Shown one piece after another: positions 25,913 through 34,957 of a DNA stretch of 64,000 nt. The DNA is taken from IMG/VR virus record IMGVR_UViG_3300035696_000002, one strand, 5' to 3'. This DNA comes from a virus. Lineage: Duplodnaviria; Heunggongvirae; Uroviricota; Caudoviricetes. Both the position numbers and the translations under genes were made by a program. The stretch's first letter is position 1. Each line of letters begins with the position of its first letter. Below the pieces are notes generated by a model. It did not search any database, had not been told where the DNA came from, and saw only the letters and a program-made list of their open reading frames with translations.

Positions 25913-27418
25913 CTATTTGGTGGTTTGAGTTTTTAGTTGTTGTGCCAAGGCTATGGTGCGTTTTTGCTCATCGGGGGTCATTTGAGCATACCCACGCTCA
26001 CCGCCGCCGACCTGACGTACAGCTTCCAGCCAATACGGATCATCTTGCGATGCTGGCCGCTGTTGGACTTGATTCATACTGCCCTCGGGCTCCTGTTCCT
26101 TTGTCTTCCAGAAGTCCTTCAGGCGGTCATCGACTGCATCAGCCCGATGTACCTTTAATACCGCAGTGCGGGCCTTGAGGTAAGTGAACCACGCACCAGA
26201 TTTGCTCCCAGCCGCCGCTTGCTTGGCGACCTCCGCTACTTCGTCCACGGTAAGTGACGAAGCTGCCTTGCCTTGGGATTGCAGGGCCAGTCTTTCCGCC
26301 AGTTTGGTCAGGGCCGAGGTAATGTCGAACCTCAAGTCCCCCTTCTGGCGTCCTTCTACCGATTCCTGAAGCTGTTCCAGAGTAGCCTCTCCCGCCTGTA
26401 CGATGTCATTGAGCTTTTTCAACATCTGCATCTCGGGCTCAGTGAGCTTACCCTTCTCCGGCTTGTAAATCAGGTCGTGCGTCACCTCGGCCCATGCGTG
26501 CATGAGCACCGAAGCGATTTGAATCTCCACGTTCGTGTCGGCGTACCGCAATTCGTCCTTGTGAAGCGTCTCAGGACGCAGTTGCACGAGGTAGTGCGTT
26601 GCCACATAGCCCATGGAATTGTCCGCGTCGCGATCTTCGGGGAAGTGTTTCGCCGGGCGGACTGATACGAACAATTGTTCGATGATTTTTCCTACGGCCT
26701 CACGATCAGCCGGGAGATACAGGGCGACACGGACGCCAGCGAGGTCAACGATGTCGGCGTAAATGTCGCTGAACGATTGATAATTTCGCGTCTTGTTCCG
26801 CTTCACCAATTTGTCGTACAGCTTGTGGGGCCGCTTCGCTCGATGAGTGACGATGGCTCGAATACCCGCCTCTTGCAGGGCTTCGTCGAGGGTGTCCCGC
26901 ATCTGGTGAGCAACCTGATCGTAGAAATCGACCTCGTGCTTGTAGAGTTTCACGAATGCGTCGATGATCGGGTTGCCGCTGGCGGCGGTCTTCGCTTCCT
27001 GTGCTTTTTGGACGGTATCGAACAGATATTCGAACGGAACTTCGTAGATTTCACCGAGGTTGGTGTCTTCCCAGCCCTCGTCGTAGTGAGCCAGATACGA
27101 GGCCTCGGCGTCTTCCAGCGAGTCGTACCCCAGCATCACCTTGTACTCGTCGAACTCGCCCTTGTCATCGTTTTGCTCAACAACATAGACAAATTCGGCA
27201 TCCTTGTCCGGGCCAATGTACACGTCCACTTTTTCTTCATCGCCCGCAGCCGTAGTATCGGGGATGTATCCGTAGTCGGCGTACATTTTCCGCTTCCACT
27301 TCTCCCCCTCAGGGTTCACCCCCACCCGCTCGCTGCCTTTTGGCCACTCGATTACGATGGGAATCCCCCTAAATTCAGTACTATGCATGTTAGGGAGTTT
27401 GTCTGCCGTTTTGTTCAT
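25913..27418 (-). CDS. inorganic pyrophosphatase fused to RelA/SpoT-type synthetase domain
   Basis: IEWPKGS..DYGYIPDT..GDEEKVDVYIG..DEYKV; then RAK..KL, DLAGVRV, GYVATHY, EIQI..HAWAEVTHDLIYK. Confidence 0.88.
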   Translation of the reverse strand: MNKTADKLPNMHSTEFRGIPIVIEWPKGSERVGVNPEGEKWKRKMYADYGYIPDTTAAGDEEKVDVYIGPDKDAEFVYVVEQNDDKGEFDEYKVMLGYDSLEDAEASYLAHYDEGWEDTNLGEIYEVPFEYLFDTVQKAQEAKTAASGNPIIDAFVKLYKHEVDFYDQVAHQMRDTLDEALQEAGIRAIVTHRAKRPHKLYDKLVKRNKTRNYQSFSDIYADIVDLAGVRVALYLPADREAVGKIIEQLFVSVRPAKHFPEDRDADNSMGYVATHYLVQLRPETLHKDELRYADTNVEIQIASVLMHAWAEVTHDLIYKPEKGKLTEPEMQMLKKLNDIVQAGEATLEQLQESVEGRQKGDLRFDITSALTKLAERLALQSQGKAASSLTVDEVAEVAKQAAAGSKSGAWFTYLKARTAVLKVHRADAVDDRLKDFWKTKEQEPEGSMNQVQQRPASQDDPYWLEAVRQVGGGERGYAQMTPDEQKRTIALAQQLKTQTTK

Positions 27419-27650
27419 GACAAGAAATACCTGTTTTACTGGGGATTTAAGAATAACCCGAAGGTTCCCTCACTCAAGGAACGGGAAACCTTCAAATTTT
27501 TAAGAGCAAATTTCGCTTCCAGCAAAATCGCAGTATTGTACAGAGGAACCAGCAGGAATCACGGCCACGAGAGCGGAGCAAGGGATTGCACTGCTGTTGA
27601 TGCAGGCCACTTCGTTAACTAACTATACACCTCATAGGAGAGGGCACCCA

Positions 27651-28931
27651 ATGGCATCAAGTAAGATGGCCGTATCCAAACCCAGCAAGGCCACTCGCGA
27701 TCAAGTAATAGCCGATCTTAAACGAGTAGCAAAAAACTTCCCAACAGCAAAACTTTCACGCGACTTTTATCGGGCACAAGGCAAATACGCCGACGCCGCA
27801 TACACGCAGTACTTCCCCGAGGGCTTCAAGGCCTTTGCGGCGGCTGCCGAAGTCAACACCGTGGCCCCCGTTCCGGTCGCTTCCGATCCTGAGATTCCCA
27901 TCGAGAGCCGCGTCGATCTTGAAGTCAAGAAGCTCGACGCAAAACGCGACACCACCAAGAAAATGCTGGATGAAGCTGTCCGGCGTAATCAGGTGCTTGA
28001 GCAGGAACGCGAAATTCTGCTTTCGCTCAAGGATGTCACTCCGCAAGACCTGAATATCGTTCCGAAAACCAGCAGCGGCAGCAGCGAATCAGTGGCCGTG
28101 GGCGTGTTCTCGGACTGGCACATCGAAGAGCGTGTTCTGCCCGGCGACGTGTCCTACAAGAACGAGTTCAACCTTGAGATCGCCGATAAGCGTGCAATCA
28201 AGGCGTGGCAGGGCTTCTATCGCCTGTACGACATCCTGCAACGCGACACCGCGATCAAGTCCGTCATCATTTTCTTGGGCGGTGACTTCATCACGAACAC
28301 CATTCACGAAGACGCTCAGGAAAGCAACCTGCTGCTCCCTGCCGACGCGATTTACAAGGCCGAGAGCCTGATCGTCAGCGGTCTGCAATTCCTGCTGCGA
28401 GAACTCCCCGAAGATGTCGAGATCACGGTCGTCTGCCACTCAGGCAACCACGGTCGTATGACCAAAAAGCAGCGTCACTCGACCGAAGCCGGAAACTCTC
28501 TGGAACAGTTCATGTACTACCACGTCCGTGACTACTTCAAGGCCACGGTGCCGGAAGAACGCATGAAGTTCCAGATTGCAACAGGCTATCACACTTACGT
28601 CCGCCTGTTCAACGAGCAGTACACGATCCGATTCCACCACGGGCATGACATCCGCTATCAGGGCGGCGTGGGCGGCATCTACATCCCGGTCAACAAGGCC
28701 ATCGCCCAGTGGAACAAAGCTGTGCGTGCCGTTGACTTGGACGTGTTCGGCCACTTCCACCAGTACATCGACGCCGGAAACTTCGTTGCGAACGGCTCGC
28801 TGATCGGCTACAACGCATACGCCGTTGCAATCAAGGCCGACTTCGAGAAGCCGCAGCAGGCGTTTTTCCTCATCAACAAAAAGTACATGGCCAAGACCAT
28901 GGCGACGCCGATCTTCGTCTCAGAGGACTAA
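27651..28931 (+). CDS. calcineurin-like metallophosphoesterase with N-terminal extension
   Basis: SDWH, GGD, GNHGR, HHGH, GHFH. Confidence 0.85.
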   Translation: MASSKMAVSKPSKATRDQVIADLKRVAKNFPTAKLSRDFYRAQGKYADAAYTQYFPEGFKAFAAAAEVNTVAPVPVASDPEIPIESRVDLEVKKLDAKRDTTKKMLDEAVRRNQVLEQEREILLSLKDVTPQDLNIVPKTSSGSSESVAVGVFSDWHIEERVLPGDVSYKNEFNLEIADKRAIKAWQGFYRLYDILQRDTAIKSVIIFLGGDFITNTIHEDAQESNLLLPADAIYKAESLIVSGLQFLLRELPEDVEITVVCHSGNHGRMTKKQRHSTEAGNSLEQFMYYHVRDYFKATVPEERMKFQIATGYHTYVRLFNEQYTIRFHHGHDIRYQGGVGGIYIPVNKAIAQWNKAVRAVDLDVFGHFHQYIDAGNFVANGSLIGYNAYAVAIKADFEKPQQAFFLINKKYMAKTMATPIFVSED

Positions 28932-28932
28932 C

Positions 28933-29097
28933 GTGCGTCTGGACATAGTCAAGTTGTGTGCGGCTGCCGATGAGAAGCCGGAACACCGCTTAGATCGCAG
29001 ATACAAATGGGAAGCATACGGATACGGCAGTCACCTCGCCGACTATTGCTTCCCAATTTGCGTTAAAGACTGCCCTCGTTGTAAAATGGACGAGTGA
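28933..29097 (+). CDS. hypothetical protein
   Basis: GAGG RBS, GTG start. Confidence 0.4.
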   Translation: MRLDIVKLCAAADEKPEHRLDRRYKWEAYGYGSHLADYCFPICVKDCPRCKMDE

Positions 29098-29282
29098 TCG
29101 AGACCCTACAAACCTTAGCTTGGACTGCACGCCCGGTTCCGCCCATCGGGGTTGCCCCGTGGCTCCGCAGGCAACACTGGTTTCGGTACTACATCGTGTA
29201 CAAAATCAAATACCAGTTTTGGCGGCTCAAGAATTGGCGTTGGGAACGTCGGACTGGCAACAAACAGGACTGGTGCTGGTAA
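29094..29282 (+). CDS. Trp-rich hypothetical protein
   Basis: Coupled at both ends. Confidence 0.45.
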   Translation: MIETLQTLAWTARPVPPIGVAPWLRRQHWFRYYIVYKIKYQFWRLKNWRWERRTGNKQDWCW

Positions 29283-29464
29283 TGCCGCCGATCACAGTTA
29301 CGCTCACCGAGACAGAAGCCGGGCACATCCGCGAACTCTGTGAAGAAGACCACAAAACCTGCGAGTTTGGTCTCAAGTTCAACACGAATCCAGACATTCG
29401 TGGCTTCTATGAAGCCATAGATACGGTCAATCAAAGCATCATCGAAAAGGTGAAAGACGCATGA
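29282..29464 (+). CDS. hypothetical protein
   Basis: TAATG coupling. Confidence 0.5.
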   Translation: MPPITVTLTETEAGHIRELCEEDHKTCEFGLKFNTNPDIRGFYEAIDTVNQSIIEKVKDA

Positions 29465-29664
29465 GCGACGAACCAGTAGTTCACATCATACTCAAGGAGG
29501 GGGCCTTGATGAAGTACGTGCCGCCGCAGGGCTGTGACTTTATCCCCATCAACCCCCTCGCTGGCATTGAGACTGAGAGTGGCGTATGTGTCTGTGCACC
29601 GGGCTGGGGACACAATGCCATGGTGTACGAGCAATACCGCACGTCGGCTCCACCTGAGGCCTAA
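29461..29664 (+). CDS. hypothetical protein
   Basis: ATGA overlap. Confidence 0.5.
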   Translation: MSDEPVVHIILKEGALMKYVPPQGCDFIPINPLAGIETESGVCVCAPGWGHNAMVYEQYRTSAPPEA

Positions 29665-30050
29665 TGAAAACCCATAACGACACTAACCAGCCCCTCCTGT
29701 TTGACCGTCCGTACTTCTCAGTCGCACCCGAACGCTGTGCCTTACAGCACGACTGGCGGCTCGTTGGCTTTGGCCCCAACAAAGACGGAGTTCGCATTTA
29801 CGAATACTGTTGCAATTTGTGCAACGTCGAACACATCCGCCAACCTGAAAAACTGGAGCGTAAACCCAACCCGCTGTGCTTCGAGGAGAAGCATTTCTGG
29901 CTGGATGCCTGTGGCGACGGCTGCTGCCCGTGGATGATCTGCTACTGTGGGGCGGTCAAACCGATACATCCAACGATGTATGCAGATCGCATCAAATATA
30001 CCCACGATTTCGACGGCAACCGGATAGTTGATCGAGAATCAATTCAATGA
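29664..30050 (+). CDS. Cys-rich hypothetical protein
   Basis: TAATG coupling. Confidence 0.55.
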   Translation: MKTHNDTNQPLLFDRPYFSVAPERCALQHDWRLVGFGPNKDGVRIYEYCCNLCNVEHIRQPEKLERKPNPLCFEEKHFWLDACGDGCCPWMICYCGAVKPIHPTMYADRIKYTHDFDGNRIVDRESIQ

Positions 30051-30274
30051 AACTCACAGACGAACAAATCAAGTACATGGTGGATCGCTTTCTTCAGTGG
30101 CGGCTGCCGGAAAATTTCAACCCGGATGGTGGAATCAGCTTCAAGCGGATAGGTAACGAGCACCGCCCGGAGTGGTCATACAAGAATGAGCCTGTCGGCA
30201 CGAACCTCTTTGACGCCACGCAGACGGAGGCGATGATCCGCCATCTAGTGGATGGGATGCCAGACTTACCATAA
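30047..30274 (+). CDS. hypothetical phage protein
   Basis: ATGA overlap; MVDRFLQWRLPENFNPDGGISF. Confidence 0.6.
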   Translation: MKLTDEQIKYMVDRFLQWRLPENFNPDGGISFKRIGNEHRPEWSYKNEPVGTNLFDATQTEAMIRHLVDGMPDLP

Positions 30275-30387
30275 GGCGGCTTATCGGACGTTGCTTTTGT
30301 TCTCAGCAACTTGGCTCGGTAACAGTATTATCCTAGATACGGCACTTTCGTGTGGGTAACCGCGTCGAAATTGTACTGAGGAGTAAT

Positions 30388-31230
30388 ATGGAACTTGCAG
30401 ACTTTCAGAAGAAATTTCATCTCGATCACCCCGAATTCATTGACGCATCTGCACCGCTAGTTACGGCGGCTATGGATATTTTCGACACCCCGCTTCGATC
30501 CCCATTGCAGGAACGCGACCTCGTGGCTCGGCATTTGGCTCAGTCGGTAGTTAGCTCCTTTCAAAGCATTCAAATTCTCACATACGAAGGTCACGGAGCG
30601 GATGCCATGTGCATAGTCAGAAGTATGCTCGAACGCACCGTCGCTCTCGTAGCTTTTGAGCAGTTTCCCACAATGGCTGAAGACTACTGTGATTTTCGCT
30701 GGATCAAAAAATGGAAATCTTATCAGCGTGCTCGCGGAACGCATTTAGACGTGCTTCCCGATGAACAAGTGCGTGAACTCGAAAGTAAGTACAACACAGT
30801 GGTGGGTAAATTCACGTTACCAAGAGGAGGTATTCGAGGATCGTGGTATGCGTGTGATCTTCGCACCCTTTGTGACCAAATCGACAAAAGTATCAACCGA
30901 GTGCTGTGGGTTCCGATTTACGATGCCGCTTACAGGGTCGGCTCCGATTTTGAGCACGGTGACATCGCTGGTTTAGAACGTCAAGTTGACATCGAGAAAG
31001 ACCCGTACAACCTTGATCTCCCCCCATCTGATAATTTCATTACCCCCGCAATCTCTACGGCTCACTGGTTGACACTGGCGGCTTTGGTTGCTTACGTTAG
31101 CATCACTGGTATTGACAAGGGGGCAGTGACCGCACAAATCCACGACACCTACAAAAAGGTGTGGGACGTGGGATCACGAGAACACACGGTAGCCAAGAAG
31201 GGCTTCGACGACACTGTAGCATCCCTATGA
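30388..31230 (+). CDS. DUF5677/HEPN-like helical protein
   Basis: RSMLE and YRVGSDFEHG (Rx6H); GAGGAG RBS; more AT-rich than flanks. Confidence 0.6.
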   Translation: MELADFQKKFHLDHPEFIDASAPLVTAAMDIFDTPLRSPLQERDLVARHLAQSVVSSFQSIQILTYEGHGADAMCIVRSMLERTVALVAFEQFPTMAEDYCDFRWIKKWKSYQRARGTHLDVLPDEQVRELESKYNTVVGKFTLPRGGIRGSWYACDLRTLCDQIDKSINRVLWVPIYDAAYRVGSDFEHGDIAGLERQVDIEKDPYNLDLPPSDNFITPAISTAHWLTLAALVAYVSITGIDKGAVTAQIHDTYKKVWDVGSREHTVAKKGFDDTVASL

Positions 31231-31370
31231 CAAAAAAGACGTGGTTAATCTTGCGATGTAAAACTAAGGACTGTAGCCCTGACTGCAAACAAAAACACGA
31301 GTACACCAATAACGATACGGTCGAGGCAACGCTTGACTTTGAACCCGACCCTTCTACCTTTCTCAAATAA
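31227..31370 (+). CDS. small hypothetical protein
   Basis: ATGA overlap. Confidence 0.35.
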   Translation: MTKKTWLILRCKTKDCSPDCKQKHEYTNNDTVEATLDFEPDPSTFLK

Positions 31371-31438
31371 TCCATCCACAAGAGCCAACGAAATAGCCCT
31401 CCCCATAGCAACCGTTTGCGTGGTAGAATACTAAGGCC

Positions 31439-31624
31439 GTGACCCCCCACTTTTGCGAATGGCGTCTCAAGTTCCATCATACAACTCGCACGTTTGAGAA
31501 CTGTGATAAGCCTGCCAACTTTGAACTCGGGGGGTACTGGTATTGTGCCGATCACTATGATTGGTATATGATGATGGCAAGAACCTATCCCTTGACGCCA
31601 AGGAGTGAACAATGCAACCAGTAG
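31439..31624 (+). CDS. small zinc-binding protein
   Basis: CEW..CDKPA..YCADH. Confidence 0.45.
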   Translation: MTPHFCEWRLKFHHTTRTFENCDKPANFELGGYWYCADHYDWYMMMARTYPLTPRSEQCNQ

Positions 31625-31812
31625 TTCTCATCAAAGACAGGGACGGTAATTTCACCGTCGCCGAAGTTTCAAACTACACCTACGACAACGAAGCGACAGC
31701 CAGAGCCTTTGCCCGCGACAAGTGGGGCGACGAAACTCCAGTTGTAGTTACCGCCGCCGAGGATTTTGTTCCTGCGTGGAAGACTACCGGGCCGGAATCG
31801 TCCCGTTCTTAA
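31612..31812 (+). CDS. hypothetical protein
   Basis: AAGGAG RBS. Confidence 0.5.
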   Translation: MQPVVLIKDRDGNFTVAEVSNYTYDNEATARAFARDKWGDETPVVVTAAEDFVPAWKTTGPESSRS

Positions 31813-32533
31813 CGCCGAGAACCCACTCTTCGTAGATGCTCACTGGGATCGCGATCATGTCACCTTCACCGTGGCCGACCGTAATTCCACAGATCGCATC
31901 TTGATTCTCGCACACCAATGCCGATCCGCTGGAGCCCGGCCCCTCGCCGGGCAACTCAAAGAGTAAGTCCCCTGTCCAAATCGTCCCGTCATCCAGCACC
32001 GTAGGCCGCGTGAGTTGTAAAGCACTGATCCAACCAAAGAACGCCTGTTTTGTCTTCGCACCTACGCCATTCACGTCCATGATGGGCTCGCCCACCTGTG
32101 AGGGATCGACGCCGAGAGGCACCATCTGGAAAGCGTCCTTGGTCTTGGCGTACAGGAGGCTGCAATCGCAGCGAACGTGTCCCTGAGCGAGCACAAGTGC
32201 CGGATAAAAGGTCTGCGGCCCCGGATTGTCTCGCGACAGGTAGACGGCGAGACGGCCCGCCACGCAATGCCCGGCAGAAGCGAAGTAGTAGCCCTCGTCA
32301 TCCTTGCCAATCGCGGTCGCAGTGCAGGTCATCTTCAAGGTGCCTTCATAATCCTGATCGTACATCAGAACCGTGGCTGGGTAGACTGTGTCATTGAGAA
32401 AAGCGATCTGGTCGATCACTTTTTTGGGGGCTGGTTGGTAGACGTGGCGGTGTCGCTTATAGGAAACCACGCCTGCGACGAAAAGCAGGGCCACAACGAG
32501 GGCAATGAGCCCGATCTTCTTGTGTTTGGACAT
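31784..32533 (-). CDS. membrane-anchored trypsin-like (S1) serine protease
   Basis: N-terminal TM; SAGHCV, D, GPGSSGS. Confidence 0.8.
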   Translation of the reverse strand: MSKHKKIGLIALVVALLFVAGVVSYKRHRHVYQPAPKKVIDQIAFLNDTVYPATVLMYDQDYEGTLKMTCTATAIGKDDEGYYFASAGHCVAGRLAVYLSRDNPGPQTFYPALVLAQGHVRCDCSLLYAKTKDAFQMVPLGVDPSQVGEPIMDVNGVGAKTKQAFFGWISALQLTRPTVLDDGTIWTGDLLFELPGEGPGSSGSALVCENQDAICGITVGHGEGDMIAIPVSIYEEWVLGVKNGTIPAR

Positions 32534-32595
32534 GCCGCACCCCTCCCATGAAATGAACGCGGCAATCGTCTATACTTTGGGAGGGGTAGTCTGGT

Positions 32596-33171
32596 TTATT
32601 CGAGGCCTTGAGCCTTCATCCACTTCTTGGTGCCCCGGCAATCGCCACAGACGGGCTTTCCGCAGGCGTCCTTGCGGGTACGCGGGCTGTAGTCGCCGTA
32701 GAACTTACGGACGTTCCGGGCGAGGTTGACGAGCCCCTGATCGAAGGTTGAGCCGCCAGTGTCGAGCCGCCAGTCGTGGCAGGGCTGGAGGTAGCTACGC
32801 ATGTGGTCTTCCTTGGCTTCAAATTCCTCTTGAGCGTAGCCGTACATCTCCGGCCCGAACTCTAACCAGCACTCAATGTGCTTGTTTTTGGAACGGTCAT
32901 CGTCTACGCGACCGTGTCCGCCCGGCTTGTTGGTCTTGGTGTAGAAAATATCGAGGTTGCTCTCGATGGCACGACGATACAGGTGCCGATAAAACTTCCA
33001 CCAGTTGCCGCCAGCGTCCTGCTCAACCCAGTAGCCAGCCGCTTTCAATTCGAGAGCTTCCTTCTCGGTCTCGATTGCCAAGCGTTCCGGGATCATCAAC
33101 TTTGGATGATCGTGAATGAACCAGTAGGCGTCGTAAGCATTCTTGATTGTGTGATAGCGTTTCTTTTTCAT
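32596..33171 (-). CDS. hypothetical protein
   Basis: 191-aa coupled ORF. Confidence 0.65.
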   Translation of the reverse strand: MKKKRYHTIKNAYDAYWFIHDHPKLMIPERLAIETEKEALELKAAGYWVEQDAGGNWWKFYRHLYRRAIESNLDIFYTKTNKPGGHGRVDDDRSKNKHIECWLEFGPEMYGYAQEEFEAKEDHMRSYLQPCHDWRLDTGGSTFDQGLVNLARNVRKFYGDYSPRTRKDACGKPVCGDCRGTKKWMKAQGLE

Positions 33172-33536
33172 CGTCTTCCCTTGTTGGCGATCACCCAGTC
33201 AAGATACTGAATGCACCGTGTATACTCTGCTTGTTTTTCCGCGTACCGGGCTCGCGTGATGCGAGCGAGGCGTAGCGACTCCGCCCGTGCTTCCTTCTTC
33301 GTCTTGCAGAGGAAGCCGTTGCATGTGTGGATCGAACCCGGCACATCTTCTGGGTCGTTGGGGTCGGGCTCCGGGTGCTCTGCGGCGAACTTCGGGCTGT
33401 AGGCCGTGTAGCCGTCGCCCTCGTCGCATTCCCCGGTGATCGTGATGACCTCGTAGTCGCCCCAATCCCCGAAAATCCAGTATACCTTATCGCCCGGCTT
33501 CAGGGTCATCAGTTGTCTTTGGTGCCACTGCGTCAT
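33168..33536 (-). CDS. hypothetical protein
   Basis: Overlaps neighbours. Confidence 0.55.
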   Translation of the reverse strand: MTQWHQRQLMTLKPGDKVYWIFGDWGDYEVITITGECDEGDGYTAYSPKFAAEHPEPDPNDPEDVPGSIHTCNGFLCKTKKEARAESLRLARITRARYAEKQAEYTRCIQYLDWVIANKGRR

Positions 33537-33789
33537 TTTCAGTCTCCAAAAATTCTTTCAACACCGTATCGAGAGCACTCGGGTGCTTTCCCCACGGGTC
33601 GGCGATGCAGAGCCAGAACCGGAGACCCATGAAGTAAGCTTCAAAGCCCCAGTCCTGACACACGTTGTCGTACTCAAGGCCGACGAAGATAAAGTAGAAC
33701 TCCGCCCAGCCGTATTCCTTGCGATGGAAAACCTCATGCCATTGGCTGGCCGAGAATCCCGCAGTCCAGTAGTTGCCGTATCCAAGCAT
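33487..33789 (-). CDS. hypothetical protein
   Basis: TAATG coupling. Confidence 0.5.
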   Translation of the reverse strand: MLGYGNYWTAGFSASQWHEVFHRKEYGWAEFYFIFVGLEYDNVCQDWGFEAYFMGLRFWLCIADPWGKHPSALDTVLKEFLETENDAVAPKTTDDPEAGR

Positions 33790-33962
33790 TATTTTGGCCC
33801 TTTCTTCTTTTTGATTCCGCTCACTTTGCCCTTCGCATTGCGAGAGCCGTGGCAGGAGTTGCGGTAAACCTTCTTGCGACGTGCTTCCTTAGGACGCATG
33901 GAGCAGAAGATGCAGTCGGGACGATGCCCGTGGCGATTTGCGTGTGCGTTTCCTCCGGCCAT
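33789..33962 (-). CDS. 57-aa basic protein (not in ORF track)
   Basis: MAGGNAHANRHGHRPDCIFCS..KKKKGPK fills the gap exactly. Confidence 0.45.
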   Translation of the reverse strand: MAGGNAHANRHGHRPDCIFCSMRPKEARRKKVYRNSCHGSRNAKGKVSGIKKKKGPK

Positions 33963-33965
33963 GGC

Positions 33966-34607
33966 TTAGTCCCACAGCGAGTGGAAATGCTCCGCGAAAA
34001 GTGCGATGCCTTCCTTGAAAATTGCCTCGTCGCGAAGTTCGAGCTTGCGGCTCTCCTCGAAACGGGCGTCCCTGATTGCCTTCCACGCATCACGGCTGAC
34101 GCCAGCCGGGCGGTAGAGGGGATAACGACCGAGTTCTGCCTCGTACAGGCCGTCCGCCATGCGACGGCTGGCCTCGAACCCGGCGATCATCTTGTCCATG
34201 ATGGCGTCCCAGCGAGCTTCGGCGATTTTGTAGGTCTCGTCGCTGTGGGTGTAGCCATCGTTGTTCTCTGTGGGCAGGCCTTCGAACACGGACATGGGAA
34301 TGCCGTGTTTTGTGTCCTTCAGGTGCTTGAGAGCAGCAGGTAGCCAGCCTTCGAGGTAGCCATCGAGGCTCCAGCAGTCACGATCAGCCCAGCCACGACG
34401 GCCACGCTGAATGAATGCCCTGATGTTGTAGTAGGAGTCGCTGGGGAAGTCCCAAACGCCCTTGACGAAGCGGCGGATGGCCCAGTAGACGCGGGTGTGC
34501 CACGGATCGACCTCTTCAATGAGAGAATCCGGGTCAAATGGACGAAGAGCGGGGTATTCCTCGCGGGGCTTGACGCCACGCAAGTAGTTGATAAGACGAA
34601 CGAACAT
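33966..34607 (-). CDS. hypothetical phage protein
   Basis: TAAGGAGG RBS; QRGRRGWADRDCWSLD..LWD. Confidence 0.7.
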   Translation of the reverse strand: MFVRLINYLRGVKPREEYPALRPFDPDSLIEEVDPWHTRVYWAIRRFVKGVWDFPSDSYYNIRAFIQRGRRGWADRDCWSLDGYLEGWLPAALKHLKDTKHGIPMSVFEGLPTENNDGYTHSDETYKIAEARWDAIMDKMIAGFEASRRMADGLYEAELGRYPLYRPAGVSRDAWKAIRDARFEESRKLELRDEAIFKEGIALFAEHFHSLWD

Positions 34608-34757
34608 GCGAATGTGCCTCCTTAGGGGTCACTAACGAAACTTTCGCATATACGCTCCTTGATGGAAATTTTGAAGTAACCCGATAAGCCCTCGGGTCTG
34701 GGCAACGCCCGGAATTTCACCGGGCAGCACATCATCTTTCAATAATACCACAGAAAG

Positions 34758-34955
34758 TCAGATTTTGGAATTTCCCCAGTCGAGAAGTTGCATCATATCG
34801 TTGAAATCGCAGCGGTCGCACTTCACCGGGGAAGCGGTTTTCCCTTCGTCATTGATCCAACAAGTCAGACCGAGAATCTGATTGCACTTCGGACACCATG
34901 TGACTGCCGTCAGCTTTGCAACCTTGGCGTGCCGCCACTTGTAGGTGGTTTTCAT
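34758..34955 (-). CDS. small zinc-ribbon protein
   Basis: CPKC..CDRC. Confidence 0.5.
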   Translation of the reverse strand: MKTTYKWRHAKVAKLTAVTWCPKCNQILGLTCWINDEGKTASPVKCDRCDFNDMMQLLDWGNSKI

Positions 34956-34957
34956 GT

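Noticed and set aside
31784-32533. Trypsin-like protease as the KxA-processing enzyme
   Set aside because: Membrane-anchored, probably exported, and not linked to the head genes; no supporting evidence.
34700-34726. Cobalamin riboswitch-like CCGGTGAAATTCCGG
   Set aside because: Lacks the upstream GGGAA, the ACTG element and the B12 box; kept only as a T-loop-like hairpin.
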